From positions 53,769 to 117,768 of IMG/VR virus record IMGVR_UViG_3300042444_000045: a stretch of DNA of 64,000 bases; one strand, 5' to 3'. Below, piece after piece: positions 27,153 to 39,707 of this stretch. Made by a program: the position numbers and the translations under genes. The stretch is from a virus. The first letter of the stretch is position 1; each line of letters opens with the position of its first letter. The notes under the pieces were generated by a model, which searched no databases, was not told the DNA's origin, and saw only the letters and a list, made by a program, of their open reading frames with translations.

Positions 27153-29372
27153 TTATAACTTACCAAGCATATATTTCTCTGCATTTTTAGTTGTATCATC
27201 TGCTGCAAGCATTACCTTAATGATTTCTGCATCAACATGTTTAGGATGTACCCACCAGTCTTCATAAGGACAATCATCATTAGGAGAGATATTACTTGCA
27301 ATAAGCATATAACCTTTACTTAGTAAGAAATTTCTAGACTTTGTTCTAAAAGATTTTGTTACATCTGTATAGTAATCATGTTCATATGTAATTACTCCAA
27401 AAGTACACTGATCCCAAGGTAACATTGTAAGGATCTCATAAGTAGTTCCTGGTGGTTCACAGTCAACTTGCAAGTAGTCAATATGACCTTTAAGTATAGA
27501 GTAATCAAACTTTGTAGCGTCACATAGTATAATCTCATTCTTTCTCTGTTGTTTAAACTTGGTAACCTCATGTTCTAAGATTTCTAATGATGTACCAGTC
27601 CAACCCAATTTTTCTAGTAATGCTGTATTACTACCATGGAATGGATCTGCAGCACCAATTTCAAAATACTTACCGTCTTTTTTACCATTAAGCATACTAA
27701 GAGTAAACATATCCTGGTAAGTTTGGGAGAAGTTTTTCATAATGGTTTCTGATCCAGAAAACTTATATCTCAATTGATCATGCAAACCTTTATGATATCT
27801 TAAGAATGGATCTGGTCCAGTACCCAATGAAGTTATATTAGTCTGTACTAGTTTTCTATATTTATCAGATAGATTATCTGCATTTGCAACCAATTCTAAG
27901 AAAATTTCTCTAGCTTCTTTTCCTCTACCAATCCACCATGCAGCAACAGCTTTTTGAAAGCCAAGTTGATAACCACCTTCATATGCTAGATTAGCAGTCA
28001 TAGGTTTTGCATAAATATGATTTCTTAAACCCATTACAGCATAACTATACATTTGGTGATAGTTCTTTTGCTTTTCATAATACTCACTTAAGAATAAATA
28101 TGCTTCTGGTCTACCTGGTTCAAGATTTAATGCATTTAACCAAAGACCAAGTTCAGTAACAGGTCTTCTAGTAAGTGTACATAAAGACTTAGCAACCATT
28201 AATACTGCTTCATATGTTCTATCAGAATTTTGAGAATACTCAGCAGTTCTTAGATAATAAGACATTGCTGATGCATAATGTCCTTGTGTAAAATAGAATT
28301 CTGCAAGTTCAAATGTTTTATCAGCATTGTATGGGTCATTGATAAATGACTCTAGTTTATATGGAGTTGCTCCTTTAGAGTTTACTTTATCAACTCTATC
28401 AGTAAAATTGCATACATCTTCAATTACATCTGCAGGAACTTTTAAGATATAAGCTGTTGAATCTTGAAATCCAAATGGAATAATAAAGTTTTTACCATCA
28501 AATGCTAAACCACATGAGAATTCAATAGCACCTGTCATAAACTTAAACTCATCAGAGTAGTGTACTATTTTCCAATCTTTATCCCATACAATAAATCTGT
28601 GATAATAATGAGCATCTTTTCTTCCTTGTTCATTATACCAAAGATCTACTTCATGAGTAAGTGCAATATACATACCGCGATAGGAAATAACTTGTGATCC
28701 ACCTCTTATATCTCTTGGAAATATTATGTCTTGTTCTACTAAATGAATAGTTTCTGAAGTGCCTTTCTCAGGATCTACTTTTACTACTTCAGTAGGATTT
28801 GACCATTTCACATAATGATATGGCATATCAATAATTGGCATCCAATTCTTTTCACAATATGATCCTTTACCTGGTGGTTCAATTCTTACTCTCTTGGTCT
28901 CTGTAGCTTCTTTTTCTATTGTAGAAAGCTCCATTCTACCTTCACCATTAGTTGTAGTATCTCTACGTACTCCTGTAAGATATAATGTATCATCCCAGTA
29001 AACTACTCTAGCATCTTCAAGTCCTATAAATTCCCAAATAGGTTTTACATCTAGTTTAGATGTATCTACTCTTTGAAATTTATCTATAGAAAGTGTATTA
29101 GGATCTATCTGACATAGATAGTTAGTTGTTCTAAGAGTAACGTCATCCTCTGGATTAAGATATGCTAATGGTCCCCAGGGAGTTTGATATTTCTGTTCTC
29201 CTTCACTATGATATAGTGCGTATTGAACATGTCTTAGATTCAAAAGATAATATCCATCTACTATAAGTAGAGAAGGGTTAGTTAGTCCTAACCCTTCTGT
29301 AAGATTTGATGGTATTGTTAAGTAGTTTACAGATCCTCCATTTTGGAGGGCAAGTTGACATAAGTTATTCAT
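27153..29372 (-). CDS. Multidomain enzyme: glycoside hydrolase/phosphorylase-like beta-propeller + TPR + FkbM-type methyltransferase
   Basis: NPS, GLEDARV, CEKNWMP, RGGSQ, IEFSCGL (5-blade propeller); TPR PGRPEAYLFL; SQTYQD, YFEIGAADP..GSNT, IDYLQVDCE, YEDWWVHP (FkbM-like). Confidence 0.7.
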   Translation of the reverse strand: MNNLCQLALQNGGSVNYLTIPSNLTEGLGLTNPSLLIVDGYYLLNLRHVQYALYHSEGEQKYQTPWGPLAYLNPEDDVTLRTTNYLCQIDPNTLSIDKFQRVDTSKLDVKPIWEFIGLEDARVVYWDDTLYLTGVRRDTTTNGEGRMELSTIEKEATETKRVRIEPPGKGSYCEKNWMPIIDMPYHYVKWSNPTEVVKVDPEKGTSETIHLVEQDIIFPRDIRGGSQVISYRGMYIALTHEVDLWYNEQGRKDAHYYHRFIVWDKDWKIVHYSDEFKFMTGAIEFSCGLAFDGKNFIIPFGFQDSTAYILKVPADVIEDVCNFTDRVDKVNSKGATPYKLESFINDPYNADKTFELAEFYFTQGHYASAMSYYLRTAEYSQNSDRTYEAVLMVAKSLCTLTRRPVTELGLWLNALNLEPGRPEAYLFLSEYYEKQKNYHQMYSYAVMGLRNHIYAKPMTANLAYEGGYQLGFQKAVAAWWIGRGKEAREIFLELVANADNLSDKYRKLVQTNITSLGTGPDPFLRYHKGLHDQLRYKFSGSETIMKNFSQTYQDMFTLSMLNGKKDGKYFEIGAADPFHGSNTALLEKLGWTGTSLEILEHEVTKFKQQRKNEIILCDATKFDYSILKGHIDYLQVDCEPPGTTYEILTMLPWDQCTFGVITYEHDYYTDVTKSFRTKSRNFLLSKGYMLIASNISPNDDCPYEDWWVHPKHVDAEIIKVMLAADDTTKNAEKYMLGKL

Positions 29373-29418
29373 CTGCTGTTGGTTTTACAACAAATATAAT
29401 ATAATTTTTCAACTCATA

Positions 29419-32400
29419 CTATACACAACTTCTTTGTACACTTAATGTCCAAGTAAGTTTTACTTGAAAATCTGGATCTGAAGCAGAAGAACCTGTAACA
29501 TTATGACCTACTGTCATAAATGTATCACATGCATCATAAGCATCAGATAATGGAACTTCTAAAGTATAACAAACATATTGATCAGTTATACTAAAACCTG
29601 TTGAACCATTAGCTAAAGATGTTTGTGGAAATACATTAGTAATAGGATTCCATGTACTACATTGAATGTACCCAATATAATACTCAATAGCAGTTGGCGG
29701 ATCTACTGTATAGTTATTTTGAATCCATGCCATTCCACATAGTGTAACAACATCACCAGATTGTAAATCATGAGGAAGAGCAATTCCACAATTAAGATTT
29801 TGAGTAAGAATTGGGTCTGTTCTTTCTCTACTAACTGTACTAACAACATTTAAGTCACAACCATTCCATCCACAATCTGCCTCACCAATATAATATTTAC
29901 CAGATCCTAAGTTTGTATCATCTGTATATGAAGTAGAGTTTGAAGCAATTATCCAGTTTTCAACAGTACAACCTCCACCTCCACCACCGGAAGGACCTTG
30001 AACACCCTGAGTTCCTTGAGTACCAGTACCAATAATACCTTGAATACCTTGCGCACCAGTACTACCCGTAGCACCTGTGGTTCCTTGTGCTCCTGTTCCA
30101 CCAGTAGCACCGGTTGCTCCTTGAGCTCCAGTTGCTCCTTGATTTCCTTGTGGTCCAGTAGATCCAACAATACCTTGAATACCCTGTGCTCCAGTAGACC
30201 CAGTACTTCCCACAATACCTTGTATACCTTGAGCTCCGGTTGATCCTACTGATCCCTGTGATCCTGTAGTACCCTGACTTCCAGTTCCTCCAGTTGCACC
30301 TGTTGTTCCTTGTGTACCCTGAGCTCCTGTATTACCTGTAGTTCCTGTAGTACCTTGTCTACCCTGGATTCCTTGAATACCCTGTAAACCTGTTGCACCA
30401 GTAGCTCCTTGTGCACCGGTACCTCCAGTTCCACCAACAGCACCTTGAGTACCAGTGGTTCCTTGATTACCAGTTGCACCAATTGCTCCTTGACTACCAA
30501 TAACACCTTGAGAACCTGTACTACCAATAGCTCCCTGAGCTCCTGTTGCACCTGTCGTACCTTGAGAGCCTACAGTTCCTTGAGCTCCTGTAGCTCCGGT
30601 TGTTCCTTGTGAGCCTGTTGCTCCTACAGTACCCTGAGTTCCAGTGGTACCCTGTGAACCAGTACTTCCTATTGCACCTTGTGCACCCGTAGCTCCTGTT
30701 GGTCCTGTATTACCTACAATACCCTGGATACCTTGAGAACCTGTGGCACCGGTTGAACCTGTGGTTCCTTGTGCACCTGTATTTCCAACAAAGCCTTGAA
30801 TACCTTGACTTCCTGTTGCACCAGTTGCACCCGTAGTACCTTGACTACCTACAGCTCCTTGCGCTCCAGTAGATCCAGTTGTACCAACAGCACCCTGTGC
30901 TCCAATTGCACCTTGTGCTCCTGTGTTACCAGTTGCTCCAGTACTGCCTTGTGAACCAATTGCACCTTGTGTACCAGTACTACCTGTAGAGCCTTGTGAG
31001 CCCGTAGCACCAATAGCACCCTGTGTTCCAGTAACACCTTGTCGGCCTTGTATACCTTGAATACCTTGTAATCCAGTAGCACCAGTATTACCTGTAATAC
31101 CTTGTATACCTTGTGTTCCTTGTGACCCAGTGGCACCAGTCGCTCCAGTTGTACCTTGACTTCCAGTTGTTCCCTGAGAACCAGTAGAACCAGTTGAACC
31201 CTGACTACCAGTAGCTCCTGTTGTACCCTGTGTTCCCACAGCTCCTTGAGATCCTGTAGATCCAATTGCTCCTTGGGCACCGGTTGCACCAGTTTGTCCT
31301 TGAAGACCTGTTAATCCTTGAAGACCTGTTGTACCTTGAGCTCCCGTAGCACCAGTAGTACCTGTAGTTCCTTGAGCCCCGGTAGTGCCTTGACTACCTA
31401 TAGCACCCTGAGAACCGGTTGCTCCAGTTGTTCCTGTAGCTCCTTGAGTTCCAGTGGTACCTTGTGCCCCTGTTGCGCCAGTAGTACCCTGTGATCCAGT
31501 TGTTCCCTGAGCTCCGGTATTTCCTGTAGCACCAGTAGATCCTTGAGAACCTGTTGTTCCTTGAGATCCTGTACTACCAGTACTTCCTTGTGATCCAGTT
31601 GCTCCGGTTGTACCTTGTGCACCAACAGGGCCTATTACACCTTGAGTACCTTGAGTACCAGTTACACCTTGAATTCCTAATGTTCCTTGTACACCTTGGA
31701 TACCTAAAGTTCCTTGAGTTCCTTGAGCTCCAGTTAAACCTGTAGTACCTTGTGTGCCGGTAGTACCTTGAGATCCTGTTGAACCAGTAGCACCTTGACT
31801 TCCTGTATTACCAGTAGTTCCTTGACTACCTACTGCGCCTTGTGTTCCTGTTGCACCAGTACTTCCCTGCGCGCCTGTAGCACCTGTGGTACCTTGGCTA
31901 CCAGTTAATCCTTGTAAACCTGTTGCACCCGTTGTTCCAGTTGTCCCTTGTGTACCAGTGGTACCCTGAGTTCCGGTTGTCCCTTGGGCTCCAGTAGTTC
32001 CTTGTGCTCCAGTATTACCTAAAGTTCCTTGGATTCCTTGAATACCTTGAAGTCCTGTTGTACCTGTAGTCCCTTGTGAACCAGTTGTGCCTTGGGCTCC
32101 AGTCGCGCCAGTGGTGCCCTGTGAGCCAGTAGCTCCGGTAGAACCTTGAGAACCTATAGCTCCTTGGCTACCAGTAGAACCTGTACTACCCTGAGATCCA
32201 GTAGCACCAACAGTACCTTGTAATCCTATTACACCCTGTATACCTTGAATACCTAATAATCCTTGAATACCCTGTGTACCAGTAGTTCCTTGGGATCCAG
32301 TTATACCTTGAGTCCCTTGTGCACCAATAGCACCTTCACGTCCTTGAATACCCTGTACTCCTTGTAATCCTGTAGTTCCTTGCGCACCTGTTGCCCCAGT

Positions 32401-35400
32401 AGTTCCTTGAGAACCAGTAGCACCTACAGTGCCTTGTGCACCTACGGTACCTTGGGCTCCAGTACTTCCGGTAGCTCCTTGTGACCCAGTTAAACCAGTT
32501 GTTCCTTGTGAACCTACAGCACCCTGAGTACCTGTTGTTCCTGTTGAACCTTGAGATCCTGTGGCTCCTGTAGTACCTTGAGAACCGGTAGTTCCCTGAA
32601 CTCCATTAGTACCCTGTGTACCAGTTAAACCTTGTAATCCTTGTATTCCTTGTAAACCCTGTAAACCTACAGCACCTTGTGTACCTATTGCTCCCTGAGT
32701 TCCTGTAATTCCTTGAGAACCAGTAGTTCCTTGAGGCCCATATGCATATAATGCAGCATCTAACCAAGTACCAGTTCCTGCTCCATTAATATCTTGAGAA
32801 GTTGGATTACCTGTAAATGCAGTTAATTCAATATAATCAGTAGTACCATTGAAATAAAGAATAGTATTAATTGACTGGAAATAACCAATTGTTGTATTTG
32901 CAATTGGATTTTGAGCAATTGCTACTTGTGTAGAACCATTTTTTCTTAATTGTATATTGTTCTGATCATTATTGACTGATCCTGCATTCCACCATACTTG
33001 AGCATTAACTAAATAATATCCTGCTGTAGTAGGTTTAAATTGATTTGATGTAAACCAGTTATTAGGATCAAAATCATCAACTAAAGTTACTACGGTATCA
33101 GTACCATTTGGTATGGTTTGAGCTGTTCCATTTTTAACAGCTTTACCTACATAAGATCCTGGTGTTAATAAACCACCATCAAATCCTTGAATACCTTGTA
33201 TTCCCTGAGTACCTTGAGTTCCCTGAGATCCAGTAGTTCCGGTGGTTCCTTGACTTCCTGTTGTACCTTGGCTACCTGTACTACCAGTTGATCCTTGGCT
33301 TCCTGTAGCACCTATAGTACCTTGCGTACCAATTTGCCCTTGAGTACCTTGAATACCTAATAGACCTTGGATTCCTTGAGTTCCTTGCACACCTTGTAAT
33401 CCAGTTGTACCTTGAATTCCTTGAATTCCCTGTGTACCAACTAAACCTTGAATACCTTGGATACCAGTTATACCTTGTAGTCCTTGGATTCCAGTTGTTC
33501 CTTGTACCCCTTGTGGACCTGTTACATTACCAACATCATCCCATTCAGTACCATCCCAAACCCATAAATGTCCAGTATCAGTAGTAATATAACCATCACC
33601 AATATTTCCTGTGTATGAGTTAGGCCATCCAGGTAATGATGTTGAGGTACTCACACTACCGATAATAGTAATTGAGTTACCTGATGTACCTTGAGAACCT
33701 AATTGTCCTTGCACACCTTGTATGCCTTGAATACCTTGTAAACCTTGAGTACCAGTTGTACCTTGAACACCTGTTTGTCCTTGAATACCTGTAGTACCTT
33801 GCACACCTTGAACTCCAAGTATACCTTGGGTACCCTGTGCACCAGTATTACCGGTTGTCCCTTGTGTTCCTTGAGATCCATTTAATCCAGATGTACCTTG
33901 TGAACCAGTTGAACCCTGTGATCCTGTAGATCCAGTGCTACCTTGTGATCCAGTAACACCTGTTGTTCCCTGATTACCAATAGTTCCCTGAGCACCAATA
34001 GTTCCTTGTGTTCCAACTTGACCTTGAACACCAACTTGACCTTGTACTCCAAGTTGTCCTTGTATACCTTGAGTACCCTGAACTCCCTGTACACCAAGAG
34101 TACCTTGTACTCCTTGAATACCTTGAGTTCCAACTGTACCCTGAGCACCAATAGTACCTTGATTACCCAATGTTCCTTGAATACCTTGAGAGCCTGTTGC
34201 TCCTTGTAAACCAATTAAACCTTGAGAACCAGTAGATCCTGTGGTACCTTGAGAACCTGTATCACCAGTAATACCTTGCAATCCTGTACTTCCTTGTGCT
34301 CCCGTACTTCCTGTAGAACCTTGGCTTCCAGTATTTCCTGTTGTACCCTGTACGCCAATTTGACCTTGAACACCTTGAATACCTTGAACTCCCTGAGGCC
34401 CAAATGTTCCCTGTGTTCCTTGAGTACCTAAAGCACCTTGGGTACCAGTAGCACCTTGTGGACCAAGTTGAGTATAAGTAACTTGGAATGTATTAATAAT
34501 TACAGAAGGAATTGCAGGATAAGGAGCTGATGCTGGATCATATTCTAATCTAATATTAGTATTATTAACAGCCCATGCAATTTCATAGTAATCTCCGGCA
34601 TCTACTGTAAATATAAAATCTAATGATGATACATTATAAGCAAGATTAGAAGGTACAAGATATTTAGTAGCTGAATCAGCTACGGAAGTTCCATTCTTTT
34701 TTAACCAAACATCAACTACATCACCTGAACCCCCTCCACCAGTATAATGGAACTGAACTGAAAAATTAAAAGCATATGTACCTGCAGCTGAATATGTTAC
34801 TTGAGTACCTCCTACAACAGATACTCCATTAGAGTAAGAAGTTGTATTGACAGTCATTATATATTCTGTATTGATAGCTGCAGCAGTTTGATCAACTGTA
34901 GAATACCATGAACCATAATACGCTACAGTACCTCCAGCACCTGTTGTACCGGTAAGACCTTGTACTCCCTGTATACCCTGAAGTCCTAAAGATCCCTGTA
35001 TACCTTGAACTCCTTGTGTTCCAGTTAGACCTGTAACACCTTGTAAACCAATAGATCCTTGCGCGCCTGTACTACCAATTGCACCCTGACTTCCGGTATT
35101 TCCAGTTGCACCTTGACTTCCTTCTAGACCTTGTGCTCCTATACCGCCTTGTAAGCCAACAGAACCTTGTGTACCAGTAGTACCTTGACTACCAGTAATT
35201 CCTTGAATTCCTTGGCTACCTTGAACTCCAATAGGACCAATTTGTCCTTGAACTCCTTGCGTTCCTTGAGAACCTAAGATACCTTGTGTACCAGTTTCTC
35301 CCTGTACACCTACATTTCCTTGAATACCTTGACTACCAGTTGAGCCTTGTGTTCCAGTTATACCCTGACTACCTGTTGATCCAGTTGTTCCTTGACTACC

Positions 35401-37101
35401 TGTATCTCCAGTTAAACCTTGTAAGCCAACCGCACCCTGAGACCCTGTACTTCCTGTAGATCCTTGAGAACCTGTATTACCAAGTGTTCCTTGTGTACCT
35501 TGTAAACCAATACTTCCTTGAATACCTTCAGTTCCTTGAGTCCCAATTGCACCCTGGCTACCAGTTGTACCTTGTACACCAAGAGATCCTTGGGTTCCTT
35601 GTGCACCTTGAGTACCTGTAAATCCAGTAGAACCCTGTGTACCTGTTGTACCCTGACTACCGGTAGAACCTGTAGAACCTTGACTGCCGGTGTTACCAGT
35701 AGAACCTTGGCTACCAACAGAACCTTGTAATCCTTCTAAACCTTGTAAACCTGTATTTCCTTGTACACCAATAGAACCTTGAGTACCTAAGATACCTTGA
35801 GTTCCTTGGGAACCTACTGTTCCCTGTACACCTTGTTGTCCTAATGTGCCTTGAACTCCCTGGATTCCTTGTGTTCCAGTAGAACCTTGCAAACCAGTTG
35901 ATCCTTGTGCACCATCATTACCTGTAGTTCCCTGTGGACCAGAAGTACCCTGAACACCTTGAGAACCAAGAGCTCCCTGTGAACCTGTAGTACCAGTTGA
36001 TCCCTGCGTACCTACTGTACCTTGTGAACCTGTGCTACCAGTACTACCCTGAGAACCAGTGTTACCAGTAGTTCCTTGAATGCCCTGAGTACCTATACTA
36101 CCTTGTGTTCCTGATGAACCTTGTGTACCATCTGTTCCTTGAGATCCTGTGGTACCTTGTACTCCTAATGAGCCTTGAATACCCTGTGAACCTTGTAAAC
36201 CTGTAAATCCTGTTGATCCTTGTGTACCAACAGCACCTTGTGAGCCAGTAGATCCTGTAGATCCCTGACTACCAGTATTTCCTACAGTACCCTGTGGACC
36301 GATTACACCTTGCAATCCTATGATACCCTGAGTACCAATTTGCCCTTGGGTTCCTGTAGTACCCTGTTGTCCTAAACTTCCTTGGACACCTTGAGTTCCT
36401 ATTTGACCTTGAATTCCCTGAATACCTTGAGCTCCAAGGTCACCTCTCTCACCTTGTATTCCTTGAGATCCCTGAAGACCTGTAATACCTTGTGAACCAG
36501 TATTTCCAGTTGTTCCTTGTGGTCCTGTAGTTCCTTGTACACCCTGAGATCCTAATGCACCTTGAGAACCAGTAGTTCCGGTTTGTCCTTGAGCACCAAT
36601 TCCTCCTTGTGCTCCTGTAGAACCTACGGCTCCTTGAGAACCAGTGTCTCCCTTAAGACCTTGAGCACCAACCGTACCTTGAGCACCGGTTGATCCAATA
36701 GCACCTTGAGATCCTGTTACACCAATTTGTCCTTGTGCACCAGTTAAACCTTGTATGCCTTGAATCCCAGTAGAACCTTGACTTCCGCGGATACCTTGAA
36801 TACCTTGGCTTCCTACAGCTCCACCACCATCTACCCAGTTTACTATATCTTGTAAACTTTGAGATACTGTTGAATCTGTAGCAATAACTGTTTGGGATCC
36901 AGCTGTAATATTTGCACCTGTATATATTACGCAATCTGCATTGGTTACTTCTGCACACTGTTCTTCTTCAGGACAAGCATCAGGAGTAGGACAAGCTGGT
37001 GGAGTTGTTAAACCAGTTGTACACACAGCACATTTCCCACAATTATTACAACCTGTGTTAGTAAAAATACTTTCTAACTGACCGGATCTTTTAGGTATCA
37101 T
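29419..37101 (-). CDS. Giant collagen-like fibre protein with C1q-like domains
   Basis: Roughly 1900 residues of G-X-Y (GxQG rich), interrupted by C1q-like domains (about 34480-34930 and 32740-33180) and a WVWDGTEW domain (about 33520-33680). Confidence 0.85.
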   Translation of the reverse strand: MIPKRSGQLESIFTNTGCNNCGKCAVCTTGLTTPPACPTPDACPEEEQCAEVTNADCVIYTGANITAGSQTVIATDSTVSQSLQDIVNWVDGGGAVGSQGIQGIRGSQGSTGIQGIQGLTGAQGQIGVTGSQGAIGSTGAQGTVGAQGLKGDTGSQGAVGSTGAQGGIGAQGQTGTTGSQGALGSQGVQGTTGPQGTTGNTGSQGITGLQGSQGIQGERGDLGAQGIQGIQGQIGTQGVQGSLGQQGTTGTQGQIGTQGIIGLQGVIGPQGTVGNTGSQGSTGSTGSQGAVGTQGSTGFTGLQGSQGIQGSLGVQGTTGSQGTDGTQGSSGTQGSIGTQGIQGTTGNTGSQGSTGSTGSQGTVGTQGSTGTTGSQGALGSQGVQGTSGPQGTTGNDGAQGSTGLQGSTGTQGIQGVQGTLGQQGVQGTVGSQGTQGILGTQGSIGVQGNTGLQGLEGLQGSVGSQGSTGNTGSQGSTGSTGSQGTTGTQGSTGFTGTQGAQGTQGSLGVQGTTGSQGAIGTQGTEGIQGSIGLQGTQGTLGNTGSQGSTGSTGSQGAVGLQGLTGDTGSQGTTGSTGSQGITGTQGSTGSQGIQGNVGVQGETGTQGILGSQGTQGVQGQIGPIGVQGSQGIQGITGSQGTTGTQGSVGLQGGIGAQGLEGSQGATGNTGSQGAIGSTGAQGSIGLQGVTGLTGTQGVQGIQGSLGLQGIQGVQGLTGTTGAGGTVAYYGSWYSTVDQTAAAINTEYIMTVNTTSYSNGVSVVGGTQVTYSAAGTYAFNFSVQFHYTGGGGSGDVVDVWLKKNGTSVADSATKYLVPSNLAYNVSSLDFIFTVDAGDYYEIAWAVNNTNIRLEYDPASAPYPAIPSVIINTFQVTYTQLGPQGATGTQGALGTQGTQGTFGPQGVQGIQGVQGQIGVQGTTGNTGSQGSTGSTGAQGSTGLQGITGDTGSQGTTGSTGSQGLIGLQGATGSQGIQGTLGNQGTIGAQGTVGTQGIQGVQGTLGVQGVQGTQGIQGQLGVQGQVGVQGQVGTQGTIGAQGTIGNQGTTGVTGSQGSTGSTGSQGSTGSQGTSGLNGSQGTQGTTGNTGAQGTQGILGVQGVQGTTGIQGQTGVQGTTGTQGLQGIQGIQGVQGQLGSQGTSGNSITIIGSVSTSTSLPGWPNSYTGNIGDGYITTDTGHLWVWDGTEWDDVGNVTGPQGVQGTTGIQGLQGITGIQGIQGLVGTQGIQGIQGTTGLQGVQGTQGIQGLLGIQGTQGQIGTQGTIGATGSQGSTGSTGSQGTTGSQGTTGTTGSQGTQGTQGIQGIQGFDGGLLTPGSYVGKAVKNGTAQTIPNGTDTVVTLVDDFDPNNWFTSNQFKPTTAGYYLVNAQVWWNAGSVNNDQNNIQLRKNGSTQVAIAQNPIANTTIGYFQSINTILYFNGTTDYIELTAFTGNPTSQDINGAGTGTWLDAALYAYGPQGTTGSQGITGTQGAIGTQGAVGLQGLQGIQGLQGLTGTQGTNGVQGTTGSQGTTGATGSQGSTGTTGTQGAVGSQGTTGLTGSQGATGSTGAQGTVGAQGTVGATGSQGTTGATGAQGTTGLQGVQGIQGREGAIGAQGTQGITGSQGTTGTQGIQGLLGIQGIQGVIGLQGTVGATGSQGSTGSTGSQGAIGSQGSTGATGSQGTTGATGAQGTTGSQGTTGTTGLQGIQGIQGTLGNTGAQGTTGAQGTTGTQGTTGTQGTTGTTGATGLQGLTGSQGTTGATGAQGSTGATGTQGAVGSQGTTGNTGSQGATGSTGSQGTTGTQGTTGLTGAQGTQGTLGIQGVQGTLGIQGVTGTQGTQGVIGPVGAQGTTGATGSQGSTGSTGSQGTTGSQGSTGATGNTGAQGTTGSQGTTGATGAQGTTGTQGATGTTGATGSQGAIGSQGTTGAQGTTGTTGATGAQGTTGLQGLTGLQGQTGATGAQGAIGSTGSQGAVGTQGTTGATGSQGSTGSTGSQGTTGSQGTTGATGATGSQGTQGIQGITGNTGATGLQGIQGIQGRQGVTGTQGAIGATGSQGSTGSTGTQGAIGSQGSTGATGNTGAQGAIGAQGAVGTTGSTGAQGAVGSQGTTGATGATGSQGIQGFVGNTGAQGTTGSTGATGSQGIQGIVGNTGPTGATGAQGAIGSTGSQGTTGTQGTVGATGSQGTTGATGAQGTVGSQGTTGATGAQGAIGSTGSQGVIGSQGAIGATGNQGTTGTQGAVGGTGGTGAQGATGATGLQGIQGIQGRQGTTGTTGNTGAQGTQGTTGATGGTGSQGTTGSQGSVGSTGAQGIQGIVGSTGSTGAQGIQGIVGSTGPQGNQGATGAQGATGATGGTGAQGTTGATGSTGAQGIQGIIGTGTQGTQGVQGPSGGGGGGCTVENWIIASNSTSYTDDTNLGSGKYYIGEADCGWNGCDLNVVSTVSRERTDPILTQNLNCGIALPHDLQSGDVVTLCGMAWIQNNYTVDPPTAIEYYIGYIQCSTWNPITNVFPQTSLANGSTGFSITDQYVCYTLEVPLSDAYDACDTFMTVGHNVTGSSASDPDFQVKLTWTLSVQRSCV

Positions 37102-37331
37102 TATATCTCTTCTTCTAAGTTAACATCAAATTCAATTGGCTCTCCTAATATAGGTAAGAGAGATTCATCAAATAAGATGAAATAAATATTATCATTCTGT
37201 GAGTATTCAAAACCTGCCCAATGTTGTGTAACATCATCAGGGCTTTTTGGAATACTATAATATGTATCGCATTGTTGTACAGCAGCTTCTGCATCTGCAA
37301 CATTAATATATGTATAGCCTCTAAAAACCAT
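37101..37331 (-). CDS. Small acidic hypothetical protein
   Basis: ORF track; translationally coupled with neighbours. Confidence 0.55.
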   Translation of the reverse strand: MVFRGYTYINVADAEAAVQQCDTYYSIPKSPDDVTQHWAGFEYSQNDNIYFILFDESLLPILGEPIEFDVNLEEEI

Positions 37332-38208
37332 AGTAGTTTCTTATGTTTTGTTCAATTGCTGCTCTTGTAGTTGTTTGGTCTAAAGGATACATTACTACTT
37401 CTGACATTAATCCTGCTAATGCTTCTGTAGCTCTTCTACCAACATATACTGTAGCTGCTGCATTAAATATAGGAGTTCCTGTAGTTGCTACAGAACCACC
37501 AGTAGTACCATTTACATAACTCTGTACATTTGCAGGTCTTCTAATTGAAGTATATACGTAAGGTACTGAGTTAGTAACAGTGGTACCATTACTTGTAAAA
37601 TTATTTTGTGCTGTATTAAAAGTAATAGATTGACTTATTCCTGAACTAAATCTAGCCCATTGTCCAATACGAGAATTAACTGTTTGATCTTGATGCAAGA
37701 ATACAGCTGTACTTAATGTTGACATTGCAGCTAGTGCAACAGTAAATGTACTTACTACACCAGCATTTGTTGGATCAAATCCAGCATTAACCAATCTATC
37801 ATTTATACCATCTAGTCTTAGATAAGGTGCTCCGTTAAAAATAACGGGTCCACTAGCATATACTAGTGGTTGTTCTATGGCTGTAGCATTAATCAAATTT
37901 CTTCCGTTACCACTTTGATCATACCAAATACTTACTGCACCAGCATTAACACCAAGAAAAGTAGTTAATGCAGTTAAGTCAAGTACATTGTTTACAAAAC
38001 CAATATCTTGAGTTGCATTATCTGTGGTTCTTCTTACTTGAATTGCAGATCCTGCATATGTTGTGTCTAGCTTTCTAAGTGAGTATGCTGCTGATGCACC
38101 GGGAAATAAATTCAAGAGCAAAGGTGGGACATTAACATTCTGGGTAGAAATATAATTTCCACCATTGAAACCAATGTTCTTTTTGTTTAAAAATATTTTC
38201 GTTGGCAT
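37321..38208 (-). CDS. Concanavalin A-like lectin/LamG-type domain protein (virion-associated candidate)
   Basis: AAYSLRKL...IQVRR...DIGF...WYDQSGNG...IEQNIRNYY. Confidence 0.7.
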   Translation of the reverse strand: MPTKIFLNKKNIGFNGGNYISTQNVNVPPLLLNLFPGASAAYSLRKLDTTYAGSAIQVRRTTDNATQDIGFVNNVLDLTALTTFLGVNAGAVSIWYDQSGNGRNLINATAIEQPLVYASGPVIFNGAPYLRLDGINDRLVNAGFDPTNAGVVSTFTVALAAMSTLSTAVFLHQDQTVNSRIGQWARFSSGISQSITFNTAQNNFTSNGTTVTNSVPYVYTSIRRPANVQSYVNGTTGGSVATTGTPIFNAAATVYVGRRATEALAGLMSEVVMYPLDQTTTRAAIEQNIRNYYGF

Positions 38209-38209
38209 A

Positions 38210-38554
38210 CTATGAAATAAAAATAATCAATAACTCACCACCTGTTGCATCATATGCAATAGCATCCAGTGTGTTATTAATTGCTCCTGCATCAAAGTTA
38301 ACAGTTTCTCCTGGCTTAAGTATTACACCTTTAATTGTAACATCCGCTGTACCTACATTAGAAAAAGATGCTGATCTTTTACCTGCAGTAATAGTACCAC
38401 TTGTAGTAGGTCTTAAGATATTTGTGGTTCTTGAAGCCCCAGCAGTAACACCAGTTAATGAGTTAATTACATCTGTAATACCCTGTAATACTTTAAGTTG
38501 AAAGGGAAAGTTATTTCCTTTATTTCCGTATGTCTTTAAATTTCCTATTGACAT
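38210..38554 (-). CDS. Small beta-rich putative virion protein
   Basis: GNKGNNFPFQLKVL; LKPGETVNFDAG..NTL..IAYDATG. Confidence 0.5.
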   Translation of the reverse strand: MSIGNLKTYGNKGNNFPFQLKVLQGITDVINSLTGVTAGASRTTNILRPTTSGTITAGKRSASFSNVGTADVTIKGVILKPGETVNFDAGAINNTLDAIAYDATGGELLIIFIS

Positions 38555-38608
38555 TTTAAATAAGTTTAAGTGAATACAATAACTGGGATATCACTACCCC
38601 AGTATGTA

Positions 38609-39082
38609 TTAATTAAGAATAATATAGTGTACTTTAACTATATTGTTTAATGCAGCTGAACCAGCACCATTACTAAGAACTACTTTGAAAGAACCTGCTG
38701 CAATGTCTGCTACTCCCAATACTGGAATACCAGTTGCTGCTTCATCATATTCTGCAGATACTAAAATTCTTGATCCTGCAGCAACCAAAGCGTTGTTTAC
38801 AGTAAAAGAAGTTTTAGCATTAGCTGCTAATGTAGATGATACAGTTGTAATAACACCGTTAAGTGCTTCTACAGTAACTGCAGTGGTAATACTAGTACCT
38901 TGAGTTACATTAGCTGTACGGTACAATGTCTGCAAAGGAGCAGCATTAACAGCAAGTGAAAGATACTGATCATCACGAGATGGATCTTTTGCACCTACTG
39001 CAATTAAGTTAGTAACGTCTGTTGGAAGAGTGGCTCTATAATTCCCAGCCTTAATCCAAGAAATAAAATTTAAAATGTCCAT
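38609..39082 (-). CDS. Ala/Thr/Val-rich putative capsid decoration protein (probable start MDILNFISW)
   Basis: VTQGTSITTAVT...GVITT...FTVNN; own promoter box (39111) and hairpin (38581-38603). Confidence 0.5.
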   Translation of the reverse strand: MDILNFISWIKAGNYRATLPTDVTNLIAVGAKDPSRDDQYLSLAVNAAPLQTLYRTANVTQGTSITTAVTVEALNGVITTVSSTLAANAKTSFTVNNALVAAGSRILVSAEYDEAATGIPVLGVADIAAGSFKVVLSNGAGSAALNNIVKVHYIILN

Positions 39083-39189
39083 GGTTATAAATATTAAATG
39101 TATACAGTATAATATACAAAAAAAATCTTTAATAAACAAAAATCCCCAGTATAAACCGGGGACTTTCTTGACAGGGTAGGAAACTTGCC

Positions 39190-39393
39190 TTATCCAAGCA
39201 TATATCCAAGTAGAAAAGAAACTATTATAAGGGCTGCTATAGTATAGTTTGCTATTGCACGACCTTTCTCATCCTCTATATACATATTGTACATTTTGTT
39301 ATAAATAGGTCTTGTCATAGCATTTATAACAATCCAAAACATTGCAATACATCCTACTGCAAAAGCTGCTAATAATATTTTCAACCAGATCAT
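39190..39393 (-). CDS. Small 2-TM membrane protein
   Basis: Two hydrophobic helices; terminator-like hairpin at 39138-39166. Confidence 0.5.
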   Translation of the reverse strand: MIWLKILLAAFAVGCIAMFWIVINAMTRPIYNKMYNMYIEDEKGRAIANYTIAALIIVSFLLGYMLG

Positions 39394-39707
39394 AGTGTGT
39401 CTATTCTTCTTTGTAAATATACTAAAGCTTTTTGTAAATCTTCTTTTTCAGTAGTTCTACTTTTCTTTCCGGCTCTAGCCACATACTTAATTACGTTACC
39501 AAGATAGAAATCTTTATCTAATCCCCAAGCTTCTAGTACATTAAATACTTCATATACAGAATCTTTACCGCCATAATGACTTGGCCTAGTAGCATCATTA
39601 ACAATAATGATACGGCCAGAAACATCAACCGGGGAACCAGAGATCTCCTCTTTAGAGCAAATAACTTTTTCATACGGTTGCTCTAACTTTTTATTAAAAG
39701 TTACCAT
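39390..39707 (-). CDS. DUF3310 family protein (T7 gp1.7 nucleotide kinase-like)
   Basis: PSHYGG...FYLGNVIKYVARAGKK...EDLQKALVYL. Confidence 0.8.
   Translation of the reverse strand: MVTFNKKLEQPYEKVICSKEEISGSPVDVSGRIIIVNDATRPSHYGGKDSVYEVFNVLEAWGLDKDFYLGNVIKYVARAGKKSRTTEKEDLQKALVYLQRRIDTL

Noticed and set aside
29949-36958. Short alternative-frame and antisense ORFs inside the collagen gene
   Set aside because: By-products of the G-X-Y codon periodicity
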